Assembly: GCA_012295275.1 (NCBI GenBank)
Contig: CM022673.1
Span: 2,046,001-2,110,000 of the forward strand
Direction: 5' to 3'
Length of the DNA: 64,000 nucleotides
Source: Chrysomallon squamiferum
Taxonomy: Eukaryota > Animalia > Mollusca
Shown: in pieces, positions 40,266-55,491 of the stretch
Layout: every line of letters begins with the position of its first letter
Numbering within the stretch: position 1 is the stretch's first letter
The notes under the pieces: generated by a model
Told to the model about the DNA's origin: nothing
What the model saw: only the letters and a program-made list of their open reading frames with translations
Database searches by the model: none
Program-made: the position numbers and the translations under genes

Positions 40266-40368
40266 CCACAGACACACACACAGTGCTAAAATTCTACTAC
40301 TACAACAACAACTAAAAACAAAGGTGTTGCTGGATTCTCAAGCTGTATTAATGTTTTTTATGATCTAC

Positions 40369-40422
40369 CTTATGTAGGGGAAATCTGGTTCAACGTTTCC
40401 CTCACTCACAGAAATTCCGTAT
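40369..40422 (-). CDS. TMEM150/DRAM-like exon 4 (YGISVSEGNVEPDFPYIS)
   Basis: Long poly-T tract plus cAG acceptor, donor AG|GTAGAT, conserved PYIS motif, phase 2/2. Confidence 0.9.
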
Positions 40423-40981
40423 CTGAAAAAAAAAAAAAAAAAAAAAAAAAAATAGTGGAAGAAAATGTTAAAAAAAGAAGTAATAATAATAATAATTCAG
40501 TCTTAAATAATACAAACAATGTCTTTCACAAACTCTTATTTAATAGTGGTATGTTTATTTTATCTGCCCCAGACTAAATATATCCAAGACGCACATAAAA
40601 ATTCCGAATGCACACGAGGATGTTTGTTCCTGTCTGCCTTATCGCTGAGATGTGCACGAAAATAGATAAAACGAGCGTATGGATCTCCTGCTTGTTTATA
40701 ACCAATTACAGGTCGATTAACATTTCACTTTCAGCGTAAACAAATCAGCGGTCATTTAACTAACAGCCTTTGTCAGAATGTTTTTCAAGACACCACCTGA
40801 TTCCTTTTTGTTTGACTTTAAAACAAACAAACAAACAAACAAACAAACTAGGCTCGTACTTTCAGTTTTGGCTTTGTGGATAGAAACGAGGTCATTTGTT
40901 TAAAAACTTAAAATTCGTGAGTTAAAAAGAATAGGTATGCACGCGTAAATCTGAAAAAAACAAAAACGAAACGTGTTTGGG

Positions 40982-41044
<63 letters not shown>

Positions 41045-41747
41045 ATTTCTTCGTCTTTCTCTCTCTGTCTCTCTATCTCATTACCTCCTGCTAACATATA
41101 TCTATCTCATGTACAAACAGGCAAACAAAAAAAATAATATCGCTCTGACATAAACAGTTTCATGTGCATGATAAAAAGATCTACATAAAAAGAAGAAAAA
41201 AAAAAAAAATGAAGAAAAAAGAAAAACCGTGATAAACACTGCATTATATTAGAGTATATAGGACGAAGTTCTGACATGGGAAATCATTGAAGCATAGTAA
41301 ACATAGTACATTTTACCAAGTTATTCCTTTTCACATTATTCACAGCCGGCTTCAAAATAAAACAAATAAGCCTATTATATGACAAAAAAAGGACGAAAAA
41401 ACCATAAAGAAAACAACAAAATCTTCAACGTGTTGGTGTCCGATTACGTGTTAGGCTAGTTTTAACTGGGGGGGGGGGAGTTACCTTTTTTTGTTAAGGA
41501 TTTTGTCGTTTGTGACACAAGAAATCAAATTCCAGTGTTTCAATGTCTTGATATTCAGTGCAAGACAGCAGACTGCACCAAGTAGCGATGGATGACCCAC
41601 AAACCCACGATTTCACCCTTAAAATCTATCTTTAATTACGTTTCTGTTTGTGCTAACTTCATCCAGAATAACAAAACACAATTTAAGAAAAAGACAAATA
41701 AGTTATATATTAAAGAAGACAAACACAAATATAGATAGATGAATTTC

Positions 41748-41779
<32 letters not shown>

Positions 41780-41807
41780 TCTAGCTACCTACCTATCCAC
41801 CTACCCC

Positions 41808-41886
<79 letters not shown>

Positions 41887-42241
41887 TGTATACTCGTTCC
41901 CATAAGTACATATATTTACTGTGTCAACAAATTAATATTTAAAAAACTTGGCTAACATAAACAAACAAAGGTAACCGCTTACGAATTCATACCTATACAT
42001 ATACTCACGTACACTAAGAAACATACACAACATACACATATATACATACATACTTATATACATACATATATATACATAATACATAATACAATACATACAT
42101 ACATACAGACATACATACATATACACACACATACACGATACACACGTACAAATACCTATACTTACTACTTTTAAAAACTTTTTTTTTTTTTTTTTTTTTT
42201 TTTATTTTTAGTTGTTGTAAAGTAAAAAATGTAATACTTAC

Positions 42242-42364
42242 GAAGATGAAGAATGATGAAATGATGAAAAGTGCGGTCACGACAGGGAAATAATGAACTT
42301 TCTTCCTCAGCAGCATCATACAGCAAGGCATTGTCTTCTCTTTCGGAACTCTCCCACTCTCGTC
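42242..42364 (-). CDS. TMEM150/DRAM-like exon 3 (DESGRVPKEKTMPCCMMLLRKKVHYFPVVTALFIISSFFIF), TM1
   Basis: Acceptor tctttcttcacctcaaccAG, donor GTAAGT. Hydrophobic TM1; part of ORF 42014..42553. Ends in phase 0 whereas the next exon needs phase 2. Confidence 0.85.
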
Positions 42365-42956
42365 CTGGTTGAGGTGAAGAAAGAGATAAACGTTAACTCT
42401 CAAATCGGTTATCATCGGAACAGCTTGGCGAACACGCATGCAGCCAGTGTCTGACCGGGACAAAACACATGGCAGGATAGACACAAATAACGGCGGATCG
42501 GAAAACTGCCGAATCAGTGTTGCACAAAAAGATGTTAGTGTCATGTAAAGCATTGTAATAATTACAAATCAGAATGGTTGTACACTAAAGGAATGCGTTT
42601 TTTTTTTTTTTTTTTTTTTTTTTTTGTTGTTGTTTTTTTCTGACAGAAGCATAATCTAATAGCTTTCTGACTTTAACCATGTTTAAAGGTAGCTTACCTG
42701 CATAAAGATATTATTGTTAATTCATCACTATTTCTGCTAAATTTACTTTAAGGAATCATGAGTGGCATTCATGTGCTTTTTTTTTAAAACATTTTTTTTT
42801 TTTTTTTTCTTTTCATTATGAATCTCTAAATTAGGATTATAAAAGCGATCTTTGTTTTTTATAAATTAAAACAACTAATACTAACTTTTGTTTTTACTGC
42901 TATTACTACTACTGCTACAACGGCCACTATCACTGCCACTGTATCTTTCAATCTTT

Positions 42957-43001
<45 letters not shown>

Positions 43002-43488
43002 CAAACCATAATAATTCACCTTCTCACCAATGAAAATAACCGAAAAACTAATTAGAAAAAAATATAATAAAATAAAAAGATGTTTAAGTCAATCTATAAA
43101 AAAAAATAATAATAATAATTTCTTTTGTTTTCAAATTTTACTCTCTTTATTATTATTATTATTATTATTATTTTATTAATTTTATAGATATATATATCTG
43201 TGTATTTATTTTTTATTTTGAAAGTCGTTTAGTGATGAAATTGCTTTCATCTCTGACATTTTGACATATCATCAGATAACGGCACACTGACAAACACCAT
43301 TCGTCTGACAAAGCAGTGTTACCGTAGACAATTACACTTTTCCTTATTGCGCACCGTTTACATGAAAATCCTCAGGAAGGAACGATCCAGGGTCACAACC
43401 AACGTGCCTGTCAACCATTTTGTTTTTCCATGCAATTTGTCTCCTTTAAAATCTCTTTATAAAATAGCTCAGTTCATCATGGAATTTC

Positions 43489-43635
43489 CATCAAGTTTAC
43501 ATTGTCGATAACATTTATTCTCCGTTATTGCAACTTTCATCAAGTTAACATTGTCGATAGCATTTATTATATGTTACTGCAACATTCATCAAGCTTACGT
43601 TGTTGAAAACATTTATTCTATGTTATTGCAACGTT
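43489..43635. repeat. 49-bp tandem repeat x3 (catcaagtt.acattgtcgata.catttatt...ttattgcaac)
   Basis: catcaag recurs at 43489, 43538 and 43587. Confidence 0.85.
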
Positions 43636-44213
43636 CGCGATATTTTTCACTGGTTCTTTCTCATTATATATAAAAAGACAATTTAAGAAAACAAATAAAC
43701 ATACAAATGAAAACATAAAATAAACAAAATAAATTTTTACCTTGTTTTTTCTCTTCTGTAATAATAATAGTAATTATATATTTGTACCGTTCAATCCAAT
43801 TAGGATCAAAACTTCCTGACAAAGATCCAGATAATGCTGTATGAGTTTCAGCCATTCACAAACACAACATTTCTGAAATAAGCCAATTCATTTAACCTAA
43901 TATCTTTTGAAAGGTAACTCCCAAACTTAAATTTATAATCTATATAACGGAGAATAAATGTCAATTAAAGAAAAAGAGTAAAATGTTTGCCGAATTGCAC
44001 TATCTTCAAAGATCAGTTTACTTTATTCACAGAACAGAAACAACCCGATAGCGTTGGCCAAATGGGAGGGAAAAACGGGGATAAATTTTGAAAACGAAAC
44101 TTGTTTTCTGCAGTTCTCGATAATCTCTGCTTCTGAACCAAAACGTGATTTTGCACTCTACACTTATAAAAAAAAGATTTTATCTGTTTCTGTTTTCTGT
44201 AGAAGCAACTAAA

Positions 44214-44430
44214 GATAGTGTCCTGTCTATAAAACGGTTATACGTTAGGAAAATGCAGACTATAAGATAGGATCCCGTTTAAAAACTGTAGTCTATAAAA
44301 TAGTGTCCTTTTTAAAAACTGTAGTCTGTGAAATAGTGTCCTTTTTAAAAACTGTAGTCTTTAAAAAAAAGTGCGCCATTTAACACCAGCAAACTATGAA
44401 ATAGAATTCCGTTTAGAAATTATAGCCTAT
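44214..44430. repeat. ~33-bp minisatellite (aaaactgtagtctataaaatagtgtccttttt)
   Basis: Nearly three close copies at 44281-44362 with diverged flanking copies. Confidence 0.75.
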
Positions 44431-44694
44431 AATATATCGTAAAGTTTAAAAAAAACGCAGACCATAACGCAATTTTGCTTGTGAAAGTCTGTGATTATAA
44501 TAAAATACACGATTACTTTTCACTGTTTTCAAGAACACGTCTAAAATCGCCAACTTTCATGTTCCCTGAGGCTCTAGCGTCTCAAAGCAGAGAAAAAAAA
44601 AAATTAAACTATCTCTCCGTCAGTTATAAATCTTCACTCTACAAGTACTGACTCTAATAAAAAATAAACGTTATCTTTATGTCTGAAATCTGTT

Positions 44695-44840
44695 CAGTAC
44701 TCTTAAAATGAAACAACTGTTACACACTCAAATTATTTTGTTTGTATTATTCGGTATCCTTAAAATGAAACAGCTGTTATACACAATCTTTGTTTTACTC
44801 AGTATCCTTAAAATAAAACGACTATTAAACATACGAACTA
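44695..44840. repeat. Diverged tandem repeat (cagtatccttaaaatgaaacagctgttatac) x3
   Basis: Motif recurs three times at roughly 50-55-bp spacing. Confidence 0.6.
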
Positions 44841-47800
44841 TCCTTTTTAAAAAAAAAAAAAAACAATGCAAAAAAAAAAAAGTCTTCTATTAACTATATG
44901 TTACCTTTATATTTGTAAAACCCTTCGTACTTTTCTTATTATCCAGAAATATTATCACCTTACTAAGTTTTGTTTATCAACTGTCATCATAACGTAAACT
45001 CGAATACCCCGCTCACCTTTTTATCTGGAAACGTCACCAAGTCCTTCTAACATTAAACTTTCTGGATATCTTTCCCAAGGCTGCCGCAGGTTTTTGTTTG
45101 TTTTTCCTTATATATATATATATATGTATACACATCAACTATTTACCCTTTTATAACGTACACAGACTCTGATTGTCCTTATACGTTACCTTAATAACCC
45201 ATTAACAGCGAGTGTTTATCCTTTCAGAAACCAGCCGTGACCGACATGGTGAAACCCAAGAAGGATTCTAACGTAGAACACAAAACTTTTTGCATGCAGT
45301 ACAAAGACATTGTTTGAATTAAATACGCGGCAGATAAAAACCTCTCTGCCAATAACATTCTGCAACTATTAATACTACTTATCACGAGAATCCAGTTACT
45401 TTTTATGAAAGATTTGTTTCACATTGAAAACATCCAAGATGCTAAATTAAAAGGACACGATGTTTTAAAGATGTTTTTTTTTTTTTTTTTTTTTTTTTTT
45501 CGAAACGTTCTTTGTAAATGTAAGATGCTGCATTTATTAAAATGTAGAGTATGGTTGTGTTTCGTTATGTGATTTAAAATGTCTTTCATTTCGATATGTA
45601 TTACGTTTTATTGCATTTATTACTAGATGGCAAGAAAGATTTGCTTGGTTTTTGTTAGATACTCAGTTTTCGTTTCTGCTCGGAGTTAGTTCTTAAAGAT
45701 TATGCAGGCTGCGTTGAAAAACAAATGGATTAAATTTCAAGTGATGGAATTTCATCCTCTTAATGAAGATCAAAAGTATGGTTGTTAAATGAACGAATTT
45801 TTTTTCATTATTTATTTTTCTTTCTTTGTCAAAATTATATCTGGACGAATACAACATTAATTAATTAACTGCCATAATCTCGTCATAACAGTTTTTTGTT
45901 TTTTTTTGAATTGACATAAATCTTAATATCACGTGATTGAACTGAGATTCATGGAACTAACATAAAACACTAAATTTTCAACAAAAAAACAACAACTTTA
46001 AGGCAGATGTTTAAATTTTTCGATAATCGGGCTTATGAAACATATTTTCCAGTTAGATACGTAACAAAAAAATTTAAAAAAAATATATAATGCAAAAGCT
46101 TTGAAAGTAAACAAGCACCAGAATATAAGCACCAGTTCAGATGAGAAACGTTACACTTTAACCGATATATAGCGTTACCTGCTATATTTACACTGTAACC
46201 GTTATCAGTCGCTGAGTCTGATGCAACAGTGTGTTCGCAAAAGATCGTTACTTGGTTTGGTAGGCACAATTTGGCGCCAAAGATTCAAGAATCTTTGATT
46301 TAATTACGATTTTCCTATACCCGAGATATACGCTCCACAGCAGGAGAAATTAAAATGAACTTGAAATAATCTGGATTTGGGCTGGGGATGTGATAAAATG
46401 GTGTTTATTTTTAGGTCAATCTCTTCTGATGTGTCCTCCATTTTGATTTCAAAAGTGTTGTGTAAACGGTTTAATTTTGGGTATAAGAATCAGATAATGT
46501 CTGTCTTCATTAGTACATTAGAAAAAAAAAATATAGAACAAAGATGATGTAAAGATCTTACGACCGTGTTGTGTAAATTACGTCCATTTTGGAAATATAA
46601 ATAGAACGTCGGTTCAAGACAGTACTGATGCATGAGAAAACTAATTAAAGAAAAGGATGATGAAATTATAAATCGGAGTTTTGGCAGTGCAGTCTCACCA
46701 TGACAGATTAAGCTGTTATAAAAGTAGTTAAAAAGAAAAGATGCTACGGTGATCACATGACTGCATTACGTTAACAGAACTTGCGTTTTGTGTCGTGAAA
46801 TCAGTAAACCACGTGGTCCGCTCAAAACAGTGTTAAAACGTCAGAAGATTAGATAGAGAAAAGAGACTGTAAAGGAGAGCAAGTACCAAGCTGCGATCTC
46901 CGTACCTGTTAGACACGAAACTAGTGATTTAAGCACTGAAGCAAGTCTGCGGTAAGATTGTCGTAAAATATTGCTAGAACATTATTATACATAATTAATT
47001 ATTTTCTGTACTTGCTCAAACAGCAATGAACTGAACTGAACAACTATTTCTCCTAGCCTGTTATATACCCTCAACACTCGCCACGTACAATAGCACACCT
47101 AAGTTACTTCGTCAGCATTTGTTAAAGAAATGAAACAGTTAACTGAAGGGTCACCTCTCAAGCATCTGCTCACCAGAAACACCTGTCTGACAAACACACA
47201 TCTGGTTCACAAACACGATTCCTCGCTCGGTTTATGGTCATCGCGATTGCAGTTGCTAAGAGGGCATGTTTGGAAACATGAGCCAAATCTGTTCAGTGGG
47301 CATGACAAAATAAAAAATAAAAACTGTTTACGTCTGAGTGAAAGTTTGAAACTCGTTACTAATAATGTTCAATTTTCTCGCGATTTACTAAAACTGAAGT
47401 TGTTCGAACTTCCAAGACGAAAGAATCGAAATAAATTTAAATTATCAAAACAGTTTTCCTGTATCAGTCACGATTAAATCGCATGTGTCCACTTGTGTCT
47501 TAATATGCTTCTTTCTACACATGTCAATGCATATGTACTTTCTCATACCTACGCACAAATCGCTTGTTGTCTTTGATTTTAAAACGGCTTCACAATGAAC
47601 AGATGAGAGTCTAAACGTTTCAAGTATTTTTCTGTGTTACAAGTGGCCGATAAACATGTGGAACTGCAGAGAACAGACGCGAAATGGAAAAACATGCACG
47701 TTTCTAATTTCAGAACATGCCTTTTGATTCATGCTTTCAATCTTATCATCTTCTGTTTCTTTTCCGTTTTAGTTAGCCCCAGGAAGACAGCGTCTTTCTG

Positions 47801-48814
47801 TGATAATAGCAAAGCACTCTCAGAGTCGTACAAACGTGAATGAAAAGACGAGTTCGAGGAGAAATCAAAGTTCGCCACACACCTGCCGCAGACGTCGTGA
47901 TATCCTCATCACGTCTGCTTCAGGCACGACTGCCCCGGCGTACCTGGTGTCGATACATCTGTGATACACCTCTTATCGTCTGCAACTTTTAATTGACTTG
48001 GCGGGTCCCAGCTTGTCAAGTTTGACAGTTTACAATAGAAGCGGTCGAGAAAAGCGAGATGAAGAAAGCTGGTAAAGGAAAGTAAAGAGGAAACCCAAGA
48101 AACGCCGGCTGGAACACGTATTCGGACTATCGTAATAACATCTACGCCGGACTGGACAAGGGTTGAAAGAGTTACAAGTTGCGCAGAGTTCAAGTTGTCA
48201 ATTTTCTTGTTTAGTATCTAATATAACAGCGCATTTTCAAAACTAATGGACAAAACCAATAATCGTTCATCAAATGTAGGATTGGTTTAGAACACTATTT
48301 GTGGTAACAAAAGGTTGTGAGAACACGGAATCAAATACAAATAAATAACTGTACATTTTGATTTCTATCTTTTCTATTTTCATTCACTGGTGTCGAAGGT
48401 TAACTACCCGTTTTATTACTAATATCACTCAATCTGATTGTACATTTCATTATAGCAAATGATGCCATAAGTATCAAGGAGGAAGAAAAATGGAAATACC
48501 AGCAAACTGACATCGACTGTAATTTATCATTAGCAAAGGCGATATCTAGAATCATTCTCGAGTCTTTATCAGAAATTTTTCATTCATCCGTGACTAAATT
48601 TCTTTATGTTTTCCTAACTGTCGTTATTCTCTAAATATCGAACCTCAATCTTATTATATTTACCATAACAACCAATGCCAGGAACATAATTACCGGTACC
48701 ATACCTTGCTAAGCAAATTTTTAATTTGTTTTATTTTTATCTGAAACAATCCCAACAGAACCAATGCTTATCGAAAGTCGTGTTAAATATTTTCAAAATA
48801 ATGGGCGGTTCACA

Positions 48815-48890
48815 CCAAACACCTGTTTCTGCTAACAGATAAAAGTAGTTCGCGAAGCTGCAGCAGCGGGTTTCCTCTCTCACATCATAA
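48815..48890 (+). mobile_element. SINE fragment (central conserved domain)
   Basis: tttctgctaacagataaaagtag...gcagcagcgggtttcctctctc matches the 37700-37772 motif. Confidence 0.55.
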
Positions 48891-50476
48891 CTGTATAAAA
48901 AGAACACGTACTGTTCTGCGAAACACTACTTAAGTCGAAAAATACGTGTGTTGGAATACACAGAGTGTCCTACCAGTGTGAAACAAAGAAATAACAGTAT
49001 CAAATACTCGATTTTTAAAAACAATCCCAGGTATTTTTGTATGTAAATAAGCATCTATGTAGGTGTGTAGAGGAGTGCCTGTATTGGAAACTGTTTGTAA
49101 CAACTGTTGATGTCAACACGTGGTCAGCTATCGTTTGACAAAATTCATCCAGTCGCTGCTGTCTGTGAGGAAACAATTAGCAGCTTTGTTCTGACGACTG
49201 ACGAAGATTTCACATCCAGTGACTAATTAAACCAGCGTGTTTCTGAAACGTCCACAAACAGCTCAACGCGTACCACGACGACTGTGTATGAAAATGTAAC
49301 ACTAGCGACAATCTGTTAGAACAGAACTCGATGTGACGGCTTGTATCGCACTCACAGAGAGGCCTGAGCCAGTTTTCGTTCCAGGATCAACTCTTTTCAG
49401 TGTTTTCATACTGAAGACTGCGGGGGAGAAGCACGTGCAAAAGACTCCTCGCTGCTTCTTTGTTGTTGTCGTCATACAAACAGAAAACAAATGTGTGTTT
49501 GGAAACCAATAACATTAATATTAAAATATGCTGATTTGTCGTTAAACATTCGTTCAATTATGAAAGTAATTTCATCTCTGCCGCTCAGTGGGGTTACAGT
49601 CAGTGATATCTAATTATTCTTTTTTACCTATAAAAATGTCTTTTTCACGCATTTTTCTCACGATCCTGCGTACTGATATTACAGGATCTGTAAAAGCTTA
49701 ATAAAATAATAAATAGGGTAATTTAAATCGTTCGACAAGTTTGGGTCACCGTGTCCCGTACTAACGGAATCCTTAGCAACTCCGTAGTATTATAACAAAA
49801 TATACATACGTCCGCGCACACACACACACACACACACACACGTAAGTACCACTGAAAACTAAGAAAATAAACACTTGTCAATAATGACAGGAAAATAACA
49901 ACAACATCTGCAACAATAACAGCATCAACTGCAACATATGAAGTAACAATAATACCAACAATAACACAATAACAACAACAAAACCACAGCAGCAGCAATA
50001 ATAATAATAATAATCATAATAATAAAATTATTAACAACAATAATAATTTCGTTTGGATCTTACCACAAACAGAAGTTTTGTTATTTCAGAAAAGAAGAAG
50101 AAGAAGAAGAAAGAAAGAAAGGAACACAAAACCTACAGTGGCTTATTCGCTGTAGAATTTTCCCTGCCTCAGAGATCAGCCTGCTCTGAGGAAATCACGA
50201 TGTCAGAGTCCTTCACCTCATTGTGCAATACAGGAAAAAAAAAAAAAAAAATATTTAAAAAAATCCTGCATGAAGCCGGAACAGTTTAGTACAGTTAAGT
50301 TATCTGAAGTCTGCACGACCTTCCTACTCGTAGAATTAAAAAGAGGAACAAGACCACTGCTGTCTTCAATCAGCAAGAAAACCAGACACGTTATGTATTT
50401 CAGCAGTCTGTAAAATGTGCATGTGAAAGACAAAGATGCGCATATACTCCCAGAGTTTCTAAATATATACTGTGTT

Positions 50477-50698
<222 letters not shown>

Positions 50699-52124
50699 AA
50701 TTAAATAAATAAAATTACCTTTTGTTCGCAAATCGTTGTTTTAATCGAATTTTACTTCTGTATTTTCCATCTCATAAGAAACAAAGGCCAAGAAAACATA
50801 TTTTTTTTTTCTCTTTACTCCGTATCATAAACGTTTTTTCTCTCTTTTTCGTGGCAAACTACGATTTTCAGCGTCCGCGATCAAATTTTAACTTTTTTTT
50901 AATTTTTTTTTTTTTATCCAAGAACGTAGCCAGTGAGAAGGGGCAACCAGAGAAAACATGTTTACACATGCGCCATCGCCTTGCACCTAGTTGGACATGA
51001 CAGTTAATTATGTGCAAACATCCACTCTGACAACAAGCAGTGTTTTGCTTGGACACTGACCAGACGATTCTAGTTTTGAATGATTTAAGAGGAACAAAGA
51101 AATGTAGAACTGGAGTGTGAGAAGGTTTCGGATGAATGAAAGAAGGAACGAAAGAATGAATGAATGAGAATGAACGATGAAGGTAACGAAAAAAGAAGAA
51201 GAAAACATCATGGTTACAGGTTTAAAAAATTATATATATATATACATATGTGTATATAAACGTTTTTTCATACAGAAAAAACAAAGAAATGCCGACTGGG
51301 ACATGTTTTCGGACTATCATAATAACATCTACGCCGGACAAGGGTTGAAACTTATGCAAAGTCCAAGTTGAAAATAACAACAGATTCAGTAATTTGACTC
51401 TGTTTCGGTATATTGATATGCTTGTTATAAAGCTTCAATTTCAGATATATAATTGTATTTATCTGTAGATAGTAGTGAGATAAAACAAAAACAAAAAAGA
51501 TAGGAAGGTTCATTCAATTTTTGATTTTTTTTTTTGTTTGTCTGTGTGCTTGTTGTTTATTTATTTATTCATTCATTCATTTTTTTATTACTTACTTTTT
51601 TTACTTACTTATTTTATTTAGATATTTATATATTTATTAAATTTATTTATTTGTTTGTTTGTTTGTCTATGTATTTATTTATACCAGCTGTTTTACACAT
51701 CAGCGAACAACTTAATTTAACTTGTAATCTAGATTATATTACACAATCATTATCAAAGTAATAATAATAAAAAAAAAAATTTAAAGTAAAAAATTAATAA
51801 ATTTAATAAACCCTACAAGTTTATTTTTTTAGACGTACAATGTATTTATTATATTCGTTGCTAGGCTACGAAGTTCAAGACCCAGGAAAATAAATTCTTC
51901 ACTTTCAGAAAACATCAGACTTGGCAGTTCTAGGTGTGATAACGCCATTGCATAATCCTTACCTCCTAACATTGTTTACTCAGTAATCTAGGGAACACCT
52001 GTGGTCTTTATCTGTTTATAACTTCTCTGATTTGTGTACGCTGACAGTTTAGATTTGCTTTAGCTGAATGAGAAAGCCAAGACTTTCTAAAGATATTATT
52101 AGTTTCATATGACTGAGAGACTGT

Positions 52125-52228
<104 letters not shown>

Positions 52229-53617
52229 AAATCTATATGTAATTACTATAAAAAAAAATGAAAAAGTTTGAATTTTGTTTTATTTTCTGTTTGTGATAAA
52301 ACGAGGCAGTTTCTGACTTATGTAATGAAGATTAATAGCGGTATAATATTACAAAAAAAATTAAATTTAAAAAGGTAAAAAAAAATATATCGTCATCTAT
52401 TAACGAAGATAAATGGCAGTAGTTCTGTACGGAAGATAAATAAAGTAAATCTATGTCACTTCAAAGAACTGCGGTTTTTTTTTTTTGGTTTGTTGTTGGG
52501 TTTTTTTGGCAGATTGCTTGTGTTTATTCCTGATAGTCAAAAAAAAAAAAAAAAAAAAAAAAAACCGAAAAAAACCCCCGTTGTATTCACGATCAAATTA
52601 GAAATGATAAAATCCTTAACTAAATGCTAAACAGATATAAAATATCAAAATTTATTAATGTATACTTAAAAAAAAAAAAAAAAATTAGAATCCTGGAAAT
52701 GAAAAGTCAAATTATTATATGAACCTATAGGAATGTATAGATATCACGTTTGTATGACTACTAACGGGTTCTATCCTTCAAATATGTCACGACCGATAAT
52801 TGTTTGTTTCCGTTAACGTCGACGGTTTACCCAGCTAATCCGGTGTCAGTAGACAATCCTGTTATACGATAACTGCTACCCTGGTAAACTGCACAAATGT
52901 AAGTTTCATTTATGAAAACAAATAATTCTCACGTGAAATATCAATAATAAAGTGCGTTGTTTTCCAAATCGTTGTTCTGTATAACATATTCATGCTTAGC
53001 TCGTGTATTTGTAGAAGAAAAAATATGGCGGATTCAAGAGTATTGGTGTAAAGTGAAAAAATTTTTTTTTTTTTTTTTGCTCAGTATAAACATCTTATGT
53101 TTTTAGGATTCGATTCATACAGTCAAAAATTCTAAAATTTTAAAATTAACTTTTAACACGTTCAATCAACGAAAGAGAAAACAAAAGTGTAAAGCAAATG
53201 CAACAAGAAATGGTTTAGTCATAAATCTTGCTTCGAAAAACTCTTATTTGATTCAGGCGGTTTTGATTAGTAATAGTAATATTACAAGAGAAATCATAAT
53301 TAGATTTGCATGCTGGTGAAGAAGCAAAATGTATGTATCATTCTGGCTCCCTCAAAACATTCCTTACCGTTCAAAGAAACCGGTTAAATGTGCATAGGTT
53401 GGCTTATGAGTAAATGGGACACCTTTTTAAGGATTGCAAGTAAAAACAATATGAAAAACAATATTCTTTGAACTTAATATCACAAACACACAACACTCGC
53501 ACGCACACACACACACACACTCATACATACACGAATGCTATAGAATAACACTTATAATATACAATTAAAACACTAAAACAAAACATCATTGGTTTCTTTC
53601 TTTTCTCAGTTATTCTC

Positions 53618-53680
<63 letters not shown>

Positions 53681-54757
53681 TTCTCTCTCTCTCTCTCTCT
53701 CATTATATATATGTCTCTCTGGTATTTTCTCTGTCCTGCTTTCTCGCAGTTTCTCTATCTGTGCGTCTTTCCGCGTGCCTTGCATGCTACCCTCTAAATG
53801 TGTAAAAAAAACAGCAGACATCTGATACACCACACCGTTCTGATCAAACGTAATCTACAAACCAGTCACCAAGTGAATTTCAACAGTTTTTACAGCGCGA
53901 TAGCACAAGACACTATCTCTTTATCCTGAGATACGAAAAGGGGAAAAACAGTGGTCTAATTTAAGACTTCAGATAAATAAATAAAAAAAAACGTAACACG
54001 AGTTTCTTCTACAAGACCTTTGACAAAATATTAGCGATAAAATGTACTCCATTCAAGGATGATGTGACTCTGAACATGTAAACTTTTGATTGAAATTTAT
54101 CCCATCTTTCTTTTTCTTTTCTTCCTCTTCTTTTTTTTTTTTTTCTTTAACACAGTCAACAGTTGCCAAAAGCGTGGTTGTAACTATTCACACATATGAA
54201 GACACACACACACACACACACTTAGTTAAATAGAATATTCATGAATGAAAACATAAGCAGGTACTTACACAAACATATATACATACATACATACACAAGC
54301 ATACATATATACATAAATACATACGTACGTACACATACATACATACATAAACACAAACATACACATACATATATACTTACATACATGCAGACTCACTCAT
54401 ATTCACAGATGCAAAAGACAGAGACAAAATCTCAAAGATGGCGTATCAACTTTACACAGAAAATCGAAACATGCACACACATGATTGGTTCGTGATAACG
54501 ACATACATACAATGTTTATCCTGTTATTATCTGTATTTAGATGAAAATACTCACGTTATTTTTTGTTTTTTTCTAAAGAAACGCACACTGATAAATAAAT
54601 AAACTGAATCATTTGAACTGTGTAACTAGAGAGTGAGGGAGACACCAGTGTTTATTTTTCTAAAGTTATCGCAGTACAAACTTCAAGGTTGGTCTACAAC
54701 ACAGCAATAACCATCAGTTTTATCACACATCATTTACTGAACCATATATATATATAT

Positions 54758-54792
<35 letters not shown>

Positions 54793-55276
54793 TTTTACTT
54801 ACATACAGTAATACACTGAGAATTTACAAACTTTTTTTATTCATTCATTTATTATTATTATTATTATTATTATTATCATTTTAATTTTTTTATTATTATT
54901 GTTTATTTTTTATTAATGTTTTTTATTATAATAATTATTATTACTTCCTTCCCCCCCCCTTTTTTTCTCTCTGGTTTTTTTTGGAAGAAGTAATCCTACC
55001 ATTTTTCATCAAATTTTTCATCTCACCTGTTTGCAATTTATAAATTCCTGTCTGTCTTTCATTTTTTTCTACAATATTTTCCACAATGAATTATACATAT
55101 CAGTAAATACAGTAAAGAGAGAAAAAAATAGGATACTTTGTTGAATAATAAATGTATTTTCTAGTTCAAATGAAACTGTTTTAGTAATCAAATGACTGCA
55201 AAATGTAAGATCAAAGCGGTTCAGATTGTGTATTGAAGAAATGAACCTTCTGAAACTGTATAATGAGAAGAAAAAC

Positions 55277-55390
<114 letters not shown>

Positions 55391-55455
55391 ATACAAAATG
55401 CAGTAAAATTTTATAAAACGACTACACAGTATTTAAAATAACAAGTACCACTTAC

Positions 55456-55491
55456 CATTTTCTTGTTTAAGTTCGCTTCTGAATTTTTCGC
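55456..55491 (-). CDS. TMEM150/DRAM-like exon 2, 36 nt (AKNSEANLNKKM)
   Basis: Acceptor tttatttttAG, donor ATG|GTAAGT, phase 0/0, open frame. Confidence 0.65.

Noticed and set aside
43489-43635. 49-bp repeat as a repeat-spacer array
   Set aside because: The whole unit is repeated; it is an ordinary minisatellite.
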